The notes beneath the pieces were generated by a model that searched no databases, was not told where the DNA came from, and worked only from the letters and a program-made list of their open reading frames with translations. From the human T2T-CHM13v2.0 reference genome, Homo sapiens, in the NCBI RefSeq assembly GCF_009914755.1, contig NC_060930.1: 64,000 nt of DNA; one strand, written 5' to 3'. Each line of letters opens with the position of its first letter. The first letter of the stretch is position 1. A program made the translations under genes and the position numbers. This document shows positions 1 to 11,700 of the stretch, in pieces.

Positions 1-56
1 TTTGGAAACACTCTTTCTGTAGAATCAGCTTGTTTGTATTTGGACCTCCTTGAGGC

Positions 57-73
57 CTTCGTTGGAAACGGGT
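57..73 (+). other. CENP-B box (intact core); recurs in every HOR
   Basis: CTTCGTTGGAAACGGGT matches the core NTTCGNNNNANNCGGGN. Confidence 0.93.
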
Positions 74-225
74 TTTCATCTTATAAACCCAGACAGAAGA
101 ATTCTCAGAGTCTTCTTTGTGATGTGTGCTTTCAACTCACCGAGATAAAGATTTCTCTTGATAGAGCAATTTGGAAACACTCTTTTTGTAGAATTTGCAA
201 GGGTACATTGAGAGCGCTTTCAGGC

Positions 226-242
226 CTATGGTAGAAAAGGGA
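226..242 (+). other. pJalpha-type (A-box) motif in an A-type monomer; representative of 9 per HOR
   Basis: CTATGGTAGAAAAGGGA sits at the position homologous to the CENP-B box. Closer-to-consensus copies CTATGGTAGAAAAGGAA are at 903-919 and 2943-2959. Confidence 0.8.
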
Positions 243-396
243 ATATCTTTCCATAAAAGGTAGACAGAAGCAATCTCAGAAACTACTTTGTGATGTGTGC
301 ATTCAACTCACCGAGTGCAACGTTCCTCTTGACCGAGCAGTTTGGAAACATTGTTTCTGTAGAATCTGCAAGTGGATATTTGGACCTCTTTGAGGC

Positions 397-413
397 CTTC
401 GTTGGAAACGGGA
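397..413 (+). other. CENP-B box (intact)
   Basis: CTTCGTTGGAAACGGGA, exact canonical 17-mer. Confidence 0.95.
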
Positions 414-736
414 TTTCTTCCTATAAACCCAGACAGAAGAATTCTCAGAGACTTCTTTGTGATGTGTGAATTCAACTCACAGTGTGGATCCTTCCTTTTG
501 ATAGAGCAGTTTTGAAACCCTGTTTTTGTAGTATTTCCAAGCGGATATTTGGAACGCCTTGAAGCGTATGGTAGAAAAGGAAATATCTTCCCATAAAACC
601 TAGACAGAACCAATCTCAGAAACGACTTTGTGATGTCTGCATTCAAGTCACAGAGTTGAACATTTCTCTTGATAGAGCAGTTTTGAAACCCTCTTTCTGA
701 AGGATCTGCAAGTGGATATTTGGAACTCCTTTGGGT

Positions 737-753
737 CTTCGTTGGAAACGGGA
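737..753 (+). other. CENP-B box (intact)
   Basis: CTTCGTTGGAAACGGGA, exact canonical 17-mer. Confidence 0.95.
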
Positions 754-1073
754 TTTCTTCGTATAAATCTAGACAGAAGAATTCTCCGAAACTTCTTTGG
801 TTGTGTGCATTCAAGTCACAGAGTGGAACCTTCCTTTGGATAGAGCAGTTTGAAACGCCGTGGTTGTAGTATTTCCAAGCGGATATTAGAGCGCCTTGAG
901 GCCTATGGTAGAAAAGGAAATATCTTCCCATAAAACCTAGACGGAAGCAATCTCAGAAACTACTGTGTGATGGCTGCATTCCACACACACGGTGGAACAT
1001 TTCTCTTGATAGAGCAGTTTTGAAACACTCTTTCTGTAGAATCTGCAAGTGGATAATTGGACCGCCTTGAGCC

Positions 1074-1090
1074 CTTCGTTGGAAACGGGA
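1074..1090 (+). other. CENP-B box (intact)
   Basis: CTTCGTTGGAAACGGGA, exact canonical 17-mer. Confidence 0.95.
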
Positions 1091-1242
1091 TTTCTTCATG
1101 TTACTCTAGATAGAAGAATTCTCAAACACTGCTATGTGATGTTTGCATTCAAGTCACAGAGTGCAACATTCCTCTTGGTAGAGCAGTTGGGAAACACTCC
1201 TTTTGTAGAATCTGCAATGGGATATTTGGACTTCTTTGAGGC

Positions 1243-1259
1243 CTTCGTTGGAAACGGGA
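1243..1259 (+). other. CENP-B box (intact), only one monomer after the previous box
   Basis: CTTCGTTGGAAACGGGA, 169 bp after the box at 1074. Confidence 0.95.
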
Positions 1260-1582
1260 TTTCTTCGTATGAATCTAGACAGAAGAATTCTCAGAAACTT
1301 CCTTGTGATGTGTGCATTCAACTCAGCGAGTGGCACCTTCCTTTGGATACAGCAGTTTTGAAACACTGTTTTTGTAGTATTTCCAAGCGGATATTTAGAG
1401 CGCCTTGAAGCCTATGCTAGAAATGGAAATATCTCCCCATAAAACCAAGACAGAAGCAATCTCAGAAACTAATGTGTGATGGCTGCATTCCACACACACG
1501 GTGGACCATTTCTCTTGATAGAGCAGTTTTGAAACACTCTTTCTGTAGAATCTGCAAGTGGATAATTGGACCTCCTAGAGGC

Positions 1583-1599
1583 CTTCGTTGGAAACGGGA
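1583..1599 (+). other. CENP-B box (intact)
   Basis: CTTCGTTGGAAACGGGA, exact canonical 17-mer. Confidence 0.95.
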
Positions 1600-1921
1600 T
1601 TTCTTCATCTAAACCTACAGAGAAGAATTCTCAGTAACTTCTTCGGATGTGTGCATTCGACGCACAGAATGGAACATTCCCTTTGATAGAGCAGTTTTGA
1701 GACACCGTTTTTGTAGAATTCCCAAGTGGATATTTAGAGCACTTTGAAGTCTCTGCTAGAAAAGGAAACATCTTCATGTAAAAAGTAGATAGAATCGTTC
1801 TCAGAAAGTGCTTAGTGACGTGTGCGTTCAACTCACAGAGTTTAACGTTTCTTTTGATAGAGCGTTTCTGAAACACCCTTCTTGTAGTAGCTGCAAGTGG
1901 ATATTTGGACCTATTGGAGGC

Positions 1922-1938
1922 CTTCTTTGGAAACGGGA
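1922..1938 (+). other. Degenerate CENP-B box, fixed in all HOR copies
   Basis: CTTCTTTGGAAACGGGA: the core TTCG is changed to TTCT. Confidence 0.88.
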
Positions 1939-2431
1939 TTTCTTCATGTAACTCTAGATTGAAGAGTTCTCAGAAACTCCTTTGTGATGTGTGCATTCAA
2001 TTCAAAGAGTGAAACCTCCCTTTTCACAGAGCAGTTTTGAAACACTGTTTTTGTAGGATTTCCAAGGGGATATTTATAGCGCATTGAGCCTACGGCGGAA
2101 AAAGAAACATCTTCCTATAAAAACTAGACAGAATACTTCTCAGAATCTGCTTTGCGATGTGTGCGTTCAACTCACAGCGTAAAACTTTTCTTTTGATAGA
2201 GCAGTTTTGAAACACTCTTTTTGTAGTATTTGCATGTGTATATTTAGAGCGCATTGAAGCCCACAGTAGAAAAGGAAATAACTTCACCTAAAACCTAGAC
2301 AGAAGCAATCTCAGAAACTACTTTGTGATGTGTACATTCAACTCACAGAGTGGAACTTTCCTCTTTATAGAGCAGTGTTGAAACACTCTTTTTGTAGAAA
2401 CTGCAAGTGGATATTTGGACCTCTTTGAGGC

Positions 2432-2448
2432 CTTCGTTGGAAACGGGA
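2432..2448 (+). other. CENP-B box (intact)
   Basis: CTTCGTTGGAAACGGGA, exact canonical 17-mer. Confidence 0.95.
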
Positions 2449-2771
2449 TTTCTTCCTATAACCCTAGACAGAAGAATTTTCAGAAACCTCATTGTGATGT
2501 GTGCGTTCATCTCACAGAGTGGAGTCTTCCGTTTGATAGAGAAGTTTTGAAACCCTGTTCTTGTAGGATTTCCAAGTGGATATTTAGACCACTTTGAAGC
2601 CTATGATAGAAAAGGAAACATCTTCATGGAAAACATAGATAGAATCATCCTCAGAAACAACTTTGTGATGTGTGCGTTGAACTCACCGTCTTTAACCTTT
2701 CTTTTGGTAGAGAAGTTTTGAAACACTCTCTTTGTAAAGTCTACAAGTGGATATTTTGAGCCCTTGGAGGC

Positions 2772-2788
2772 ATTCTTTGGAAAAGGGA
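2772..2788 (+). other. Degenerate CENP-B box, fixed in all HOR copies
   Basis: ATTCTTTGGAAAAGGGA: both core CpGs are lost. Confidence 0.85.
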
Positions 2789-5700
2789 ATGTCTTCACAT
2801 AAAAGGCAGACGGAAGTGTTCTCAGAAACTGCTTTGTGATGTCTGTGTTCAACTCACAGAGTTTAACATTTCCTTTGATAGAGCGGTTTAGTAACCCTCT
2901 CTTTGTAGAATTTGGAAGTGTATACTAAGAGCGCTTTGAGGCCTATGGTAGAAAAGGAAATATCTTTCCATAAAAGCTAGACAGAAGCAATCTCAGAAAC
3001 TCCTCTGTGATGTCTGCATTCAACTCACCGAGTGGAACATTCCTCTTGAGAGAGCAGTTTGGAAACACTCTTTCTGTAGAATCAGCTTGTTTGTATTTGG
3101 ACCTCCTTGAGGCCTTCGTTGGAAACGGGTTTTCATCTTATAAACCCAGACAGAAGAATTCTCAGAGTCTTCTTTGTGATGTGTGCTTTCAACTCACCGA
3201 GATAAAGATTTCTCTTGATAGAGCAATTTGGAAACACTCTTTTTGTAGAATTTGCAAGGGTACATTGAGAGCGCTTTCAGGCCTATGGTAGAAAAGGGAA
3301 TATCTTTCCATAAAAGGTAGACAGAAGCAATCTCAGAAACTACTTTGTGATGTGTGCATTCAACTCACCGAGTGCAACGTTCCTCTTGACCGAGCAGTTT
3401 GGAAACATTGTTTCTGTAGAATCTGCAAGTGGATATTTGGACCTCTTTGAGGCCTTCGTTGGAAACGGGATTTCTTCCTATAAACCCAGACAGAAGAATT
3501 CTCAGAGACTTCTTTGTGATGTGTGAATTCAACTCACAGTGTGGATCCTTCCTTTTGATAGAGCAGTTTTGAAACCCTGTTTTTGTAGTATTTCCAAGCG
3601 GATATTTGGAACGCCTTGAAGCGTATGGTAGAAAAGGAAATATCTTCCCATAAAACCTAGACAGAACCAATCTCAGAAACGACTTTGTGATGTCTGCATT
3701 CAAGTCACAGAGTTGAACATTTCTCTTGATAGAGCAGTTTTGAAACCCTCTTTCTGAAGGATCTGCAAGTGGATATTTGGAACTCCTTTGGGTCTTCGTT
3801 GGAAACGGGATTTCTTCGTATAAATCTAGACAGAAGAATTCTCCGAAACTTCTTTGGTTGTGTGCATTCAAGTCACAGAGTGGAACCTTCCTTTGGATAG
3901 AGCAGTTTGAAACGCCGTGGTTGTAGTATTTCCAAGCGGATATTAGAGCGCCTTGAGGCCTATGGTAGAAAAGGAAATATCTTCCCATAAAACCTAGACG
4001 GAAGCAATCTCAGAAACTACTGTGTGATGGCTGCATTCCACACACACGGTGGAACATTTCTCTTGATAGAGCAGTTTTGAAACACTCTTTCTGTAGAATC
4101 TGCAAGTGGATAATTGGACCGCCTTGAGGCCTTCGTTGGAAACGGGATTTCTTCATGTTACTCTAGATAGAAGAATTCTCAAACACTGCTATGTGATGTT
4201 TGCATTCAAGTCACAGAGTGCAACATTCCTCTTGGTAGAGCAGTTGGGAAACACTCCTTTTGTAGAATCTGCAATGGGATATTTGGACTTCTTTGAGGCC
4301 TTCGTTGGAAACGGGATTTCTTCGTATGAATCTAGACAGAAGAATTCTCAGAAACTTCCTTGTGATGTGTGCATTCAACTCAGCGAGTGGCACCTTCCTT
4401 TGGATACAGCAGTTTTGAAACACTGTTTTTGTAGTATTTCCAAGCGGATATTTAGAGCGCCTTGAAGCCTATGCTAGAAATGGAAATATCTCCCCATAAA
4501 ACCAAGACAGAAGCAATCTCAGAAACTAATGTGTGATGGCTGCATTCCACACACACGGTGGACCATTTCTCTTGATAGAGCAGTTTTGAAACACTCTTTC
4601 TGTAGAATCTGCAAGTGGATAATTGGACCTCCTAGAGGCCTTCGTTGGAAACGGGATTTCTTCATCTAAACCTACAGAGAAGAATTCTCAGTAACTTCTT
4701 CGGATGTGTGCATTCGACGCACAGAATGGAACATTCCCTTTGATAGAGCAGTTTTGAGACACCGTTTTTGTAGAATTCCCAAGTGGATATTTAGAGCACT
4801 TTGAAGTCTCTGCTAGAAAAGGAAACATCTTCATGTAAAAAGTAGATAGAATCGTTCTCAGAAAGTGCTTAGTGACGTGTGCGTTCAACTCACAGAGTTT
4901 AACGTTTCTTTTGATAGAGCGTTTCTGAAACACCCTTCTTGTAGTAGCTGCAAGTGGATATTTGGACCTATTGGAGGCCTTCTTTGGAAACGGGATTTCT
5001 TCATGTAACTCTAGATTGAAGAATTCTCAGAAACTCCTTTGTGATGTGTGCATTCAATTCAAAGAGTGAAACCTCCCTTTTCACAGAGCAGTTTTGAAAC
5101 ACTGTTTTTGTAGGATTTCCAAGGGGATATTTATAGCGCATTGAGCCTACGGCGGAAAAAGAAACATCTTCCTATAAAAACTAGACAGAATACTTCTCAG
5201 AATCTGCTTTGCGATGTGTGCGTTCAACTCACAGAGTAAAACTTTTCTTTTGATAGAGCAGTTTTGAAACACTCTTTTTGTAGTATTTGCATGTGTATAT
5301 TTAGAGCGCATTGAAGCCCACAGTAGAAAAGGAAATAACTTCACCTAAAACCTAGACAGAAGCAATCTCAGAAACTACTTTGTGATGTGTACATTCAACT
5401 CACAGAGTGGAACTTTCCTCTTTATAGAGCAGTGTTGAAACACTCTTTTTGTAGAAACTGCAAGTGGATATTTGGACCTCTTTGAGGCCTTCGTTGGAAA
5501 CGGGATTTCTTCCTATAACCCTAGACAGAAGAATTTTCAGAAACCTCATTGTGATGTGTGCGTTCATCTCACAGAGTGGAGTCTTCCGTTTGATAGAGAA
5601 GTTTTGAAACCCTGTTCTTGTAGGATTTCCAAGTGGATATTTAGACCACTTTGAAGCCTATGATAGAAAAGGAAACATCTTCATGGAAAACATAGATAGA

Positions 5701-8700
5701 ATCATCCTCAGAAACAACTTTGTGATGTGTGCGTTGAACTCACCGTCTTTAACCTTTCTTTTGGTAGAGAAGTTTTGAAACACTCTCTTTGTAAAGTCTA
5801 CAAGTGGATATTTTGAGCCCTTGGAGGCATTCTTTGGAAAAGGGAATGTCTTCACATAAAAGGCAGACGGAAGTGTTCTCAGAAACTGCTTTGTGATGTC
5901 TGTGTTCAACTCACAGAGTTTAACATTTCCTTTGATAGAGCGGTTTAGTAACCCTATCTTTGTAGAATTTGGAAGTGTATACTAAGAGCGCTTTGAGGCC
6001 TATGGTAGAAAAGGAAATATCTTTCCATAAAAGCTAGACAGAAGCAATCTCAGAAACTCCTCTGTGATGTCTGCATTCAACTCACCGAGTGGAACATTCC
6101 TCTTGAGAGAGCAGTTTGGAAACACTCTTTCTGTAGAATCAGCTTGTTTGTATTTGGACCTCCTTGAGGCCTTCGTTGGAAACGGGTTTTCATCTTATAA
6201 ACCCAGACAGAAGAATTCTCAGAGTCTTCTTTGTGATGTGTGCTTTCAACTCACCGAGATAAAGATTTCTCTTGATAGAGCAATTTGGAAACACTCTTTT
6301 TGTAGAATTTGCAAGGGTACATTGAGAGCGCTTTCAGGCCTATGGTAGAAAAGGGAATATCTTTCCATAAAAGGTAGACAGAAGCAATCTCAGAAACTAC
6401 TTTGTGATGTGTGCATTCAACTCACCGAGTGCAACGTTCCTCTTGACCGAGCAGTTTGGAAACATTGTTTCTGTAGAATCTGCAAGTGGATATTTGGACC
6501 TCTTTGAGGCCTTCGTTGGAAACGGGATTTCTTCCTATAAACCCAGACAGAAGAATTCTCAGAGACTTCTTTGTGATGTGTGAATTCAACTCACAGTGTG
6601 GATCCTTCCTTTTGATAGAGCAGTTTTGAAACCCTGTTTTTGTAGTATTTCCAAGCGGATATTTGGAACGCCTTGAAGCGTATGGTAGAAAAGGAAATAT
6701 CTTCCCATAAAACCTAGACAGAACCAATCTCAGAAACGACTTTGTGATGTCTGCATTCAAGTCACAGAGTTGAACATTTCTCTTGATAGAGCAGTTTTGA
6801 AACCCTCTTTCTGAAGGATCTGCAAGTGGATATTTGGAACTCCTTTGGGTCTTCGTTGGAAACGGGATTTCTTCGTATAAATCTAGACAGAAGAATTCTC
6901 CGAAACTTCTTTGGTTGTGTGCATTCAAGTCACAGAGTGGAACCTTCCTTTGGATAGAGCAGTTTGAAACGCCGTGGTTGTAGTATTTCCAAGCGGATAT
7001 TAGAGCGCCTTGAGGTCTATGGTAGAAAAGGAAATATCTTCCCATAAAACCTAGACGGAAGCAATCTCAGAAACTACTGTGTGATGGCTGCATTCCACAC
7101 ACACGGTGGAACATTTCTCTTGATAGAGCAGTTTTGAAACACTCTTTCTGTAGAATCTGCAAGTGGATAATTGGACCGCCTTGAGGCCTTCGTTGGAAAC
7201 GGGATTTCTTCATGTTACTCTAGATAGAAGAATTCTCAAACACTGCTATGTGATGTTTGCATTCAAGTCACAGAGTGCAACATTCCTCTTGGTAGAGCAG
7301 TTGGGAAACACTCCTTTTGTAGAATCTGCAATGGGATATTTGGACTTCTTTGAGGCCTTCGTTGGAAACGGGATTTCTTCGTATGAATCTAGACAGAAGA
7401 ATTCTCAGAAACTTCCTTGTGATGTGTGCATTCAACTCAGCGAGTGGCACCTTCCTTTGGATACAGCAGTTTTGAAACACTGTTTTTGTAGTATTTCCAA
7501 GCGGATATTTAGAGCGCCTTGAAGCCTATGCTAGAAATGGAAATATCTCCCCATAAAACCAAGACGGAAGCAATCTCAGAAACTAATGTGTGATGGCTGC
7601 ATTCCACACACACGGTGGACCATTTCTCTTGATAGAGCAGTTTTGAAACACTCTTTCTGTAGAATCTGCAAGTGGATAATTGGACCTCCTAGAGGCCTTC
7701 GTTGGAAACGGGATTTCTTCATCTAAACCTACAGAGAAGAATTCTCAGTAACTTCTTCGGATGTGTGCATTCGACGCACAGAATGGAACATTCCCTTTGA
7801 TAGAGCAGTTTTGAGACACCGTTTTTGTAGAATTCCCAAGTGGATATTTAGAGCACTTTGAAGTCTCTGCTAGAAAAGGAAACATCTTCATGTAAAAAGT
7901 AGATAGAATCGTTCTCAGAAAGTGCTTAGTGACGTGTGCGTTCAACTCACAGAGTTTAACGTTTCTTTTGATAGAGCGTTTCTGAAACACCCTTCTTGTA
8001 GTAGCTGCAAGTGGATATTTGGACCTATTGGAGGCCTTCTTTGGAAACGGGATTTCTTCATGTAACTCTAGATTGAAGAATTCTCAGAAACTCCTTTGTG
8101 ATGTGTGCATTCAATTCAAAGAGTGAAACCTCCCTTTTCACAGAGCAGTTTTGAAACACTGTTTTTGTAGGATTTCCAAGGGGATATTTATAGCGCATTG
8201 AGCCTACGGCGGAAAAAGAAACATCTTCCTATAAAAACTAGACAGAATACTTCTCAGAATCTGCTTTGCGATGTGTGCGTTCAACTCACAGAGTAAAACT
8301 TTTCTTTTGATAGAGCAGTTTTGAAACACTCTTTTTGTAGTATTTGCATGTGTATATTTAGAGCGCATTGAAGCCCACAGTAGAAAAGGAAATAACTTCA
8401 CCTAAAACCTAGACAGAAGCAATCTCAGAAACTACTTTGTGATGTGTACATTCAACTCACAGAGTGGAACTTTCCTCTTTATAGAGCAGTGTTGAAACAC
8501 TCTTTTTGTAGAAACTGCAAGTGGATATTTGGACCTCTTTGAGGCCTTCGTTGGAAACGGGATTTCTTCCTATAACCCTAGACAGAAGAATTTTCAGAAA
8601 CCTCATTTTGATGTGTGCGTTCATCTCACAGAGTGGAGTCTTCCGTTTGATAGAGAAGTTTTGAAACCCTGTTCTTGTAGGATTTCCAAGTGGATATTTA

Positions 8701-11700
8701 GACCACTTTGAAGCCTATGATAGAAAAGGAAACATCTTCATGGAAAACATAGATAGAATCATCCTCAGAAACAACTTTGTGATGTGTGCGTTGAACTCAC
8801 CGTCTTTAACCTTTCTTTTGGTAGAGAAGTTTTGAAACACTCTCTTTGTAAAGTCTACAAGTGGATATTTTGAGCCCTTGGAGGCATTCTTTGGAAAAGG
8901 GAATGTCTTCACATAAAAGGCAGACGGAAGTGTTCTCAGAAACTGCTTTGTGATGTCTGTGTTCAACTCACAGAGTTTAACATTTCCTTTGATAGAGCGG
9001 TTTAGTAACCCTCTCTTTGTAGAATTTGGAAGTGTATACTAAGAGCGTTTTGAGGCCTATGGTAGAAAAGGAAATATCTTTCCATAAAAGCTAGACAGAA
9101 GCAATCTCAGAAACTCCTCTGTGATGTCTGCATTCAACTCACCGAGTGGAACATTCCTCTTGAGAGAGCAGTTTGGAAACACTCTTTCTGTAGAATCAGC
9201 TTGTTTGTATTTGGACCTCCTTGAGGCCTTCGTTGGAAACGGGTTTTCATCTTATAAACCCAGACAGAAGAATTCTCAGAGTCTTCTTTGTGATGTGTGC
9301 TTTCAACTCACCGAGATAAAGATTTCTCTTGATAGAGCAATTTGGAAACACTCTTTTTGTAGAATTTGCAAGGGTACATTGAGAGCGCTTTCAGGCCTAT
9401 GGTAGAAAAGGGAATATCTTTCCATAAAAGGTAGACAGAAGCAATCTCAGAAACTACTTTGTGATGTGTGCATTCAACTCACCGAGTGCAACGTTCCTCT
9501 TGACCGAGCAGTTTGGAAACATTGTTTCTGTAGAATCTGCAAGTGGATATTTGGACCTCTTTGAGGCCTTCGTTGGAAACGGGATTTCTTCCTATAAACC
9601 CAGACAGAAGAATTCTCAGAGACTTCTTTGTGATGTGTGAATTCAACTCACAGTGTGGATCCTTCCTTTTGATAGAGCAGTTTTGAAACCCTGTTTTTGT
9701 AGTATTTCCAAGCGGATATTTGGAACGCCTTGAAGCGTATGGTAGAAAAGGAAATATCTTCCCATAAAACCTAGACAGAACCAATCTCAGAAACGACTTT
9801 GTGATGTCTGCATTCAAGTCACAGAGTTGAACATTTCTCTTGATAGAGCAGTTTTGAAACCCTCTTTCTGAAGGATCTGCAAGTGGATATTTGGAACTCC
9901 TTTGGGTCTTCGTTGGAAACGGGATTTCTTCGTATAAATCTAGACAGAAGAATTCTCCGAAACTTCTTTGGTTGTGTGCATTCAAGTCACAGAGTGGAAC
10001 CTTCCTTTGGATAGAGCAGTTTGAAACGCCGTGGTTGTAGTATTTCCAAGCGGATATTAGAGCGCCTTGAGGCCTATGGTAGAAAAGGAAATATCTTCCC
10101 ATAAAACCTAGACGGAAGCAATCTCAGAAACTACTGTGTGATGGCTGCATTCCACACACACGGTGGAACATTTCTCTTGATAGAGCAGTTTTGAAACACT
10201 CTTTCTGTAGAATCTGCAAGTGGATAATTGGACCGCCTTGAGGCCTTCGTTGGAAACGGGATTTCTTCATGTTACTCTAGATAGAAGAATTCTCAAACAC
10301 TGCTATGTGATGTTTGCATTCAAGTCACAGAGTGCAACATTCCTCTTGGTAGAGCAGTTGGGAAACACTCCTTTTGTAGAATCTGCAATGGGATATTTGG
10401 ACTTCTTTGAGGCCTTCGTTGGAAACGGGATTTCTTCGTATGAATCTAGACAGAAGAATTCTCAGAAACTTCCTTGTGATGTGTGCATTCAACTCAGCGA
10501 GTGGCACCTTCCTTTGGATACAGCAGTTTTGAAACACTGTTTTTGTAGTATTTCCAAGCGGATATTTAGAGCGCCTTGAAGCCTATGCTAGAAATGGAAA
10601 TATCTCCCCATAAAACCAAGACAGAAGCAATCTCAGAAACTAATGTGTGATGGCTGCATTCCACACACACGGTGGACCATTTCTCTTGATAGAGCAGTTT
10701 TGAAACACTCTTTCTGTAGAATCTGCAAGTGGATAATTGGACCTCCTAGAGGCCTTCGTTGGAAACGGGATTTCTTCATCTAAACCTACAGAGAAGAATT
10801 CTCAGTAACTTCTTCGGATGTGTGCATTCGATGCACAGAATGGAACATTCCCTTTGATAGAGCAGTTTTGAGACACCGTTTTTGTAGAATTCCCAAGTGG
10901 ATATTTAGAGCACTTTGAAGTCTCTGCTAGAAAAGGAAACATCTTCATGTAAAAAGTAGATAGAATCGTTCTCAGAAAGTGCTTAGTGACGTGTGCGTTC
11001 AACTCACAGAGTTTAACGTTTCTTTTGATAGAGCGTTTCTGAAACACCCTTCTTGTAGTAGCTGCAAGTGGATATTTGGACCTATTGGAGGCCTTCTTTG
11101 GAAACGGGATTTCTTCATGTAACTCTAGATTGAAGAATTCTCAGAAACTCCTTTGTGATGTGTGCATTCAATTCAAAGAGTGAAACCTCCCTTTTCACAG
11201 AGCAGTTTTGAAACACTGTTTTTGTAGGATTTCCAAGGGGATATTTATAGCGCATTGAGCCTACGGCGGAAAAAGAAACATCTTCCTATAAAAACTAGAC
11301 AGAATACTTCTCAGAATCTGCTTTGCGATGTGTGCGTTCAACTCACAGAGTAAAACTTTTCTTTTGATAGAGCAGTTTTGAAACACTCTTTTTGTAGTAT
11401 TTGCATGTGTATATTTAGAGCGCATTGAAGCCCACAGTAGAAAAGGAAATAACTTCACCTAAAACCTAGACAGAAGCAATCTCAGAAACTACTTTGTGAT
11501 GTGTACATTCAACTCACAGAGTGGAACTTTCCTCTTTATAGAGCAGTGTTGAAACACTCTTTCTGTAGAAACTGCAAGTGGATATTTGGACCTCTTTGAG
11601 GCCTTCGTTGGAAACGGGATTTCTTCCTATAACCCTAGACAGAAGAATTTTCAGAAACCTCATTGTGATGTGTGCGTTCATCTCACAGAGTGGAGTCTTC

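Larger units (their letters stand above)
486..3542 (+). repeat. Canonical 18-monomer HOR unit, 3057 bp (representative copy)
   Basis: The interval between successive BamHI sites is 3057 bp (18 x ~169.8). Eighteen box positions can be counted per period, 9 B-type and 9 A-type. Confidence 0.97.

Noticed and set aside
308-931. 207-aa minus-strand ORF repeated in nearly every HOR, and the other 60-119 aa ORFs
   Set aside because: These are translations of alpha satellite with internally repetitive peptides (FQNCSIKR, SKYPL) that track the monomer period. Many depend on non-ATG starts, there is no recognisable domain, and they are freely broken by indels. Their conservation simply reflects repeat homogeneity.
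981-990. CCACACACAC short CA run (also at ~1490)
   Set aside because: It is only 4-5 units long and length-invariant across copies. It is a monomer-specific variant, not an active microsatellite.
57-1599. Regularly spaced identical 17-25 bp motifs resembling CRISPR repeats
   Set aside because: The intervening sequences are homologous monomers rather than unique spacers, the spacing is 170/340 bp, and there are no cas genes. These are CENP-B boxes.
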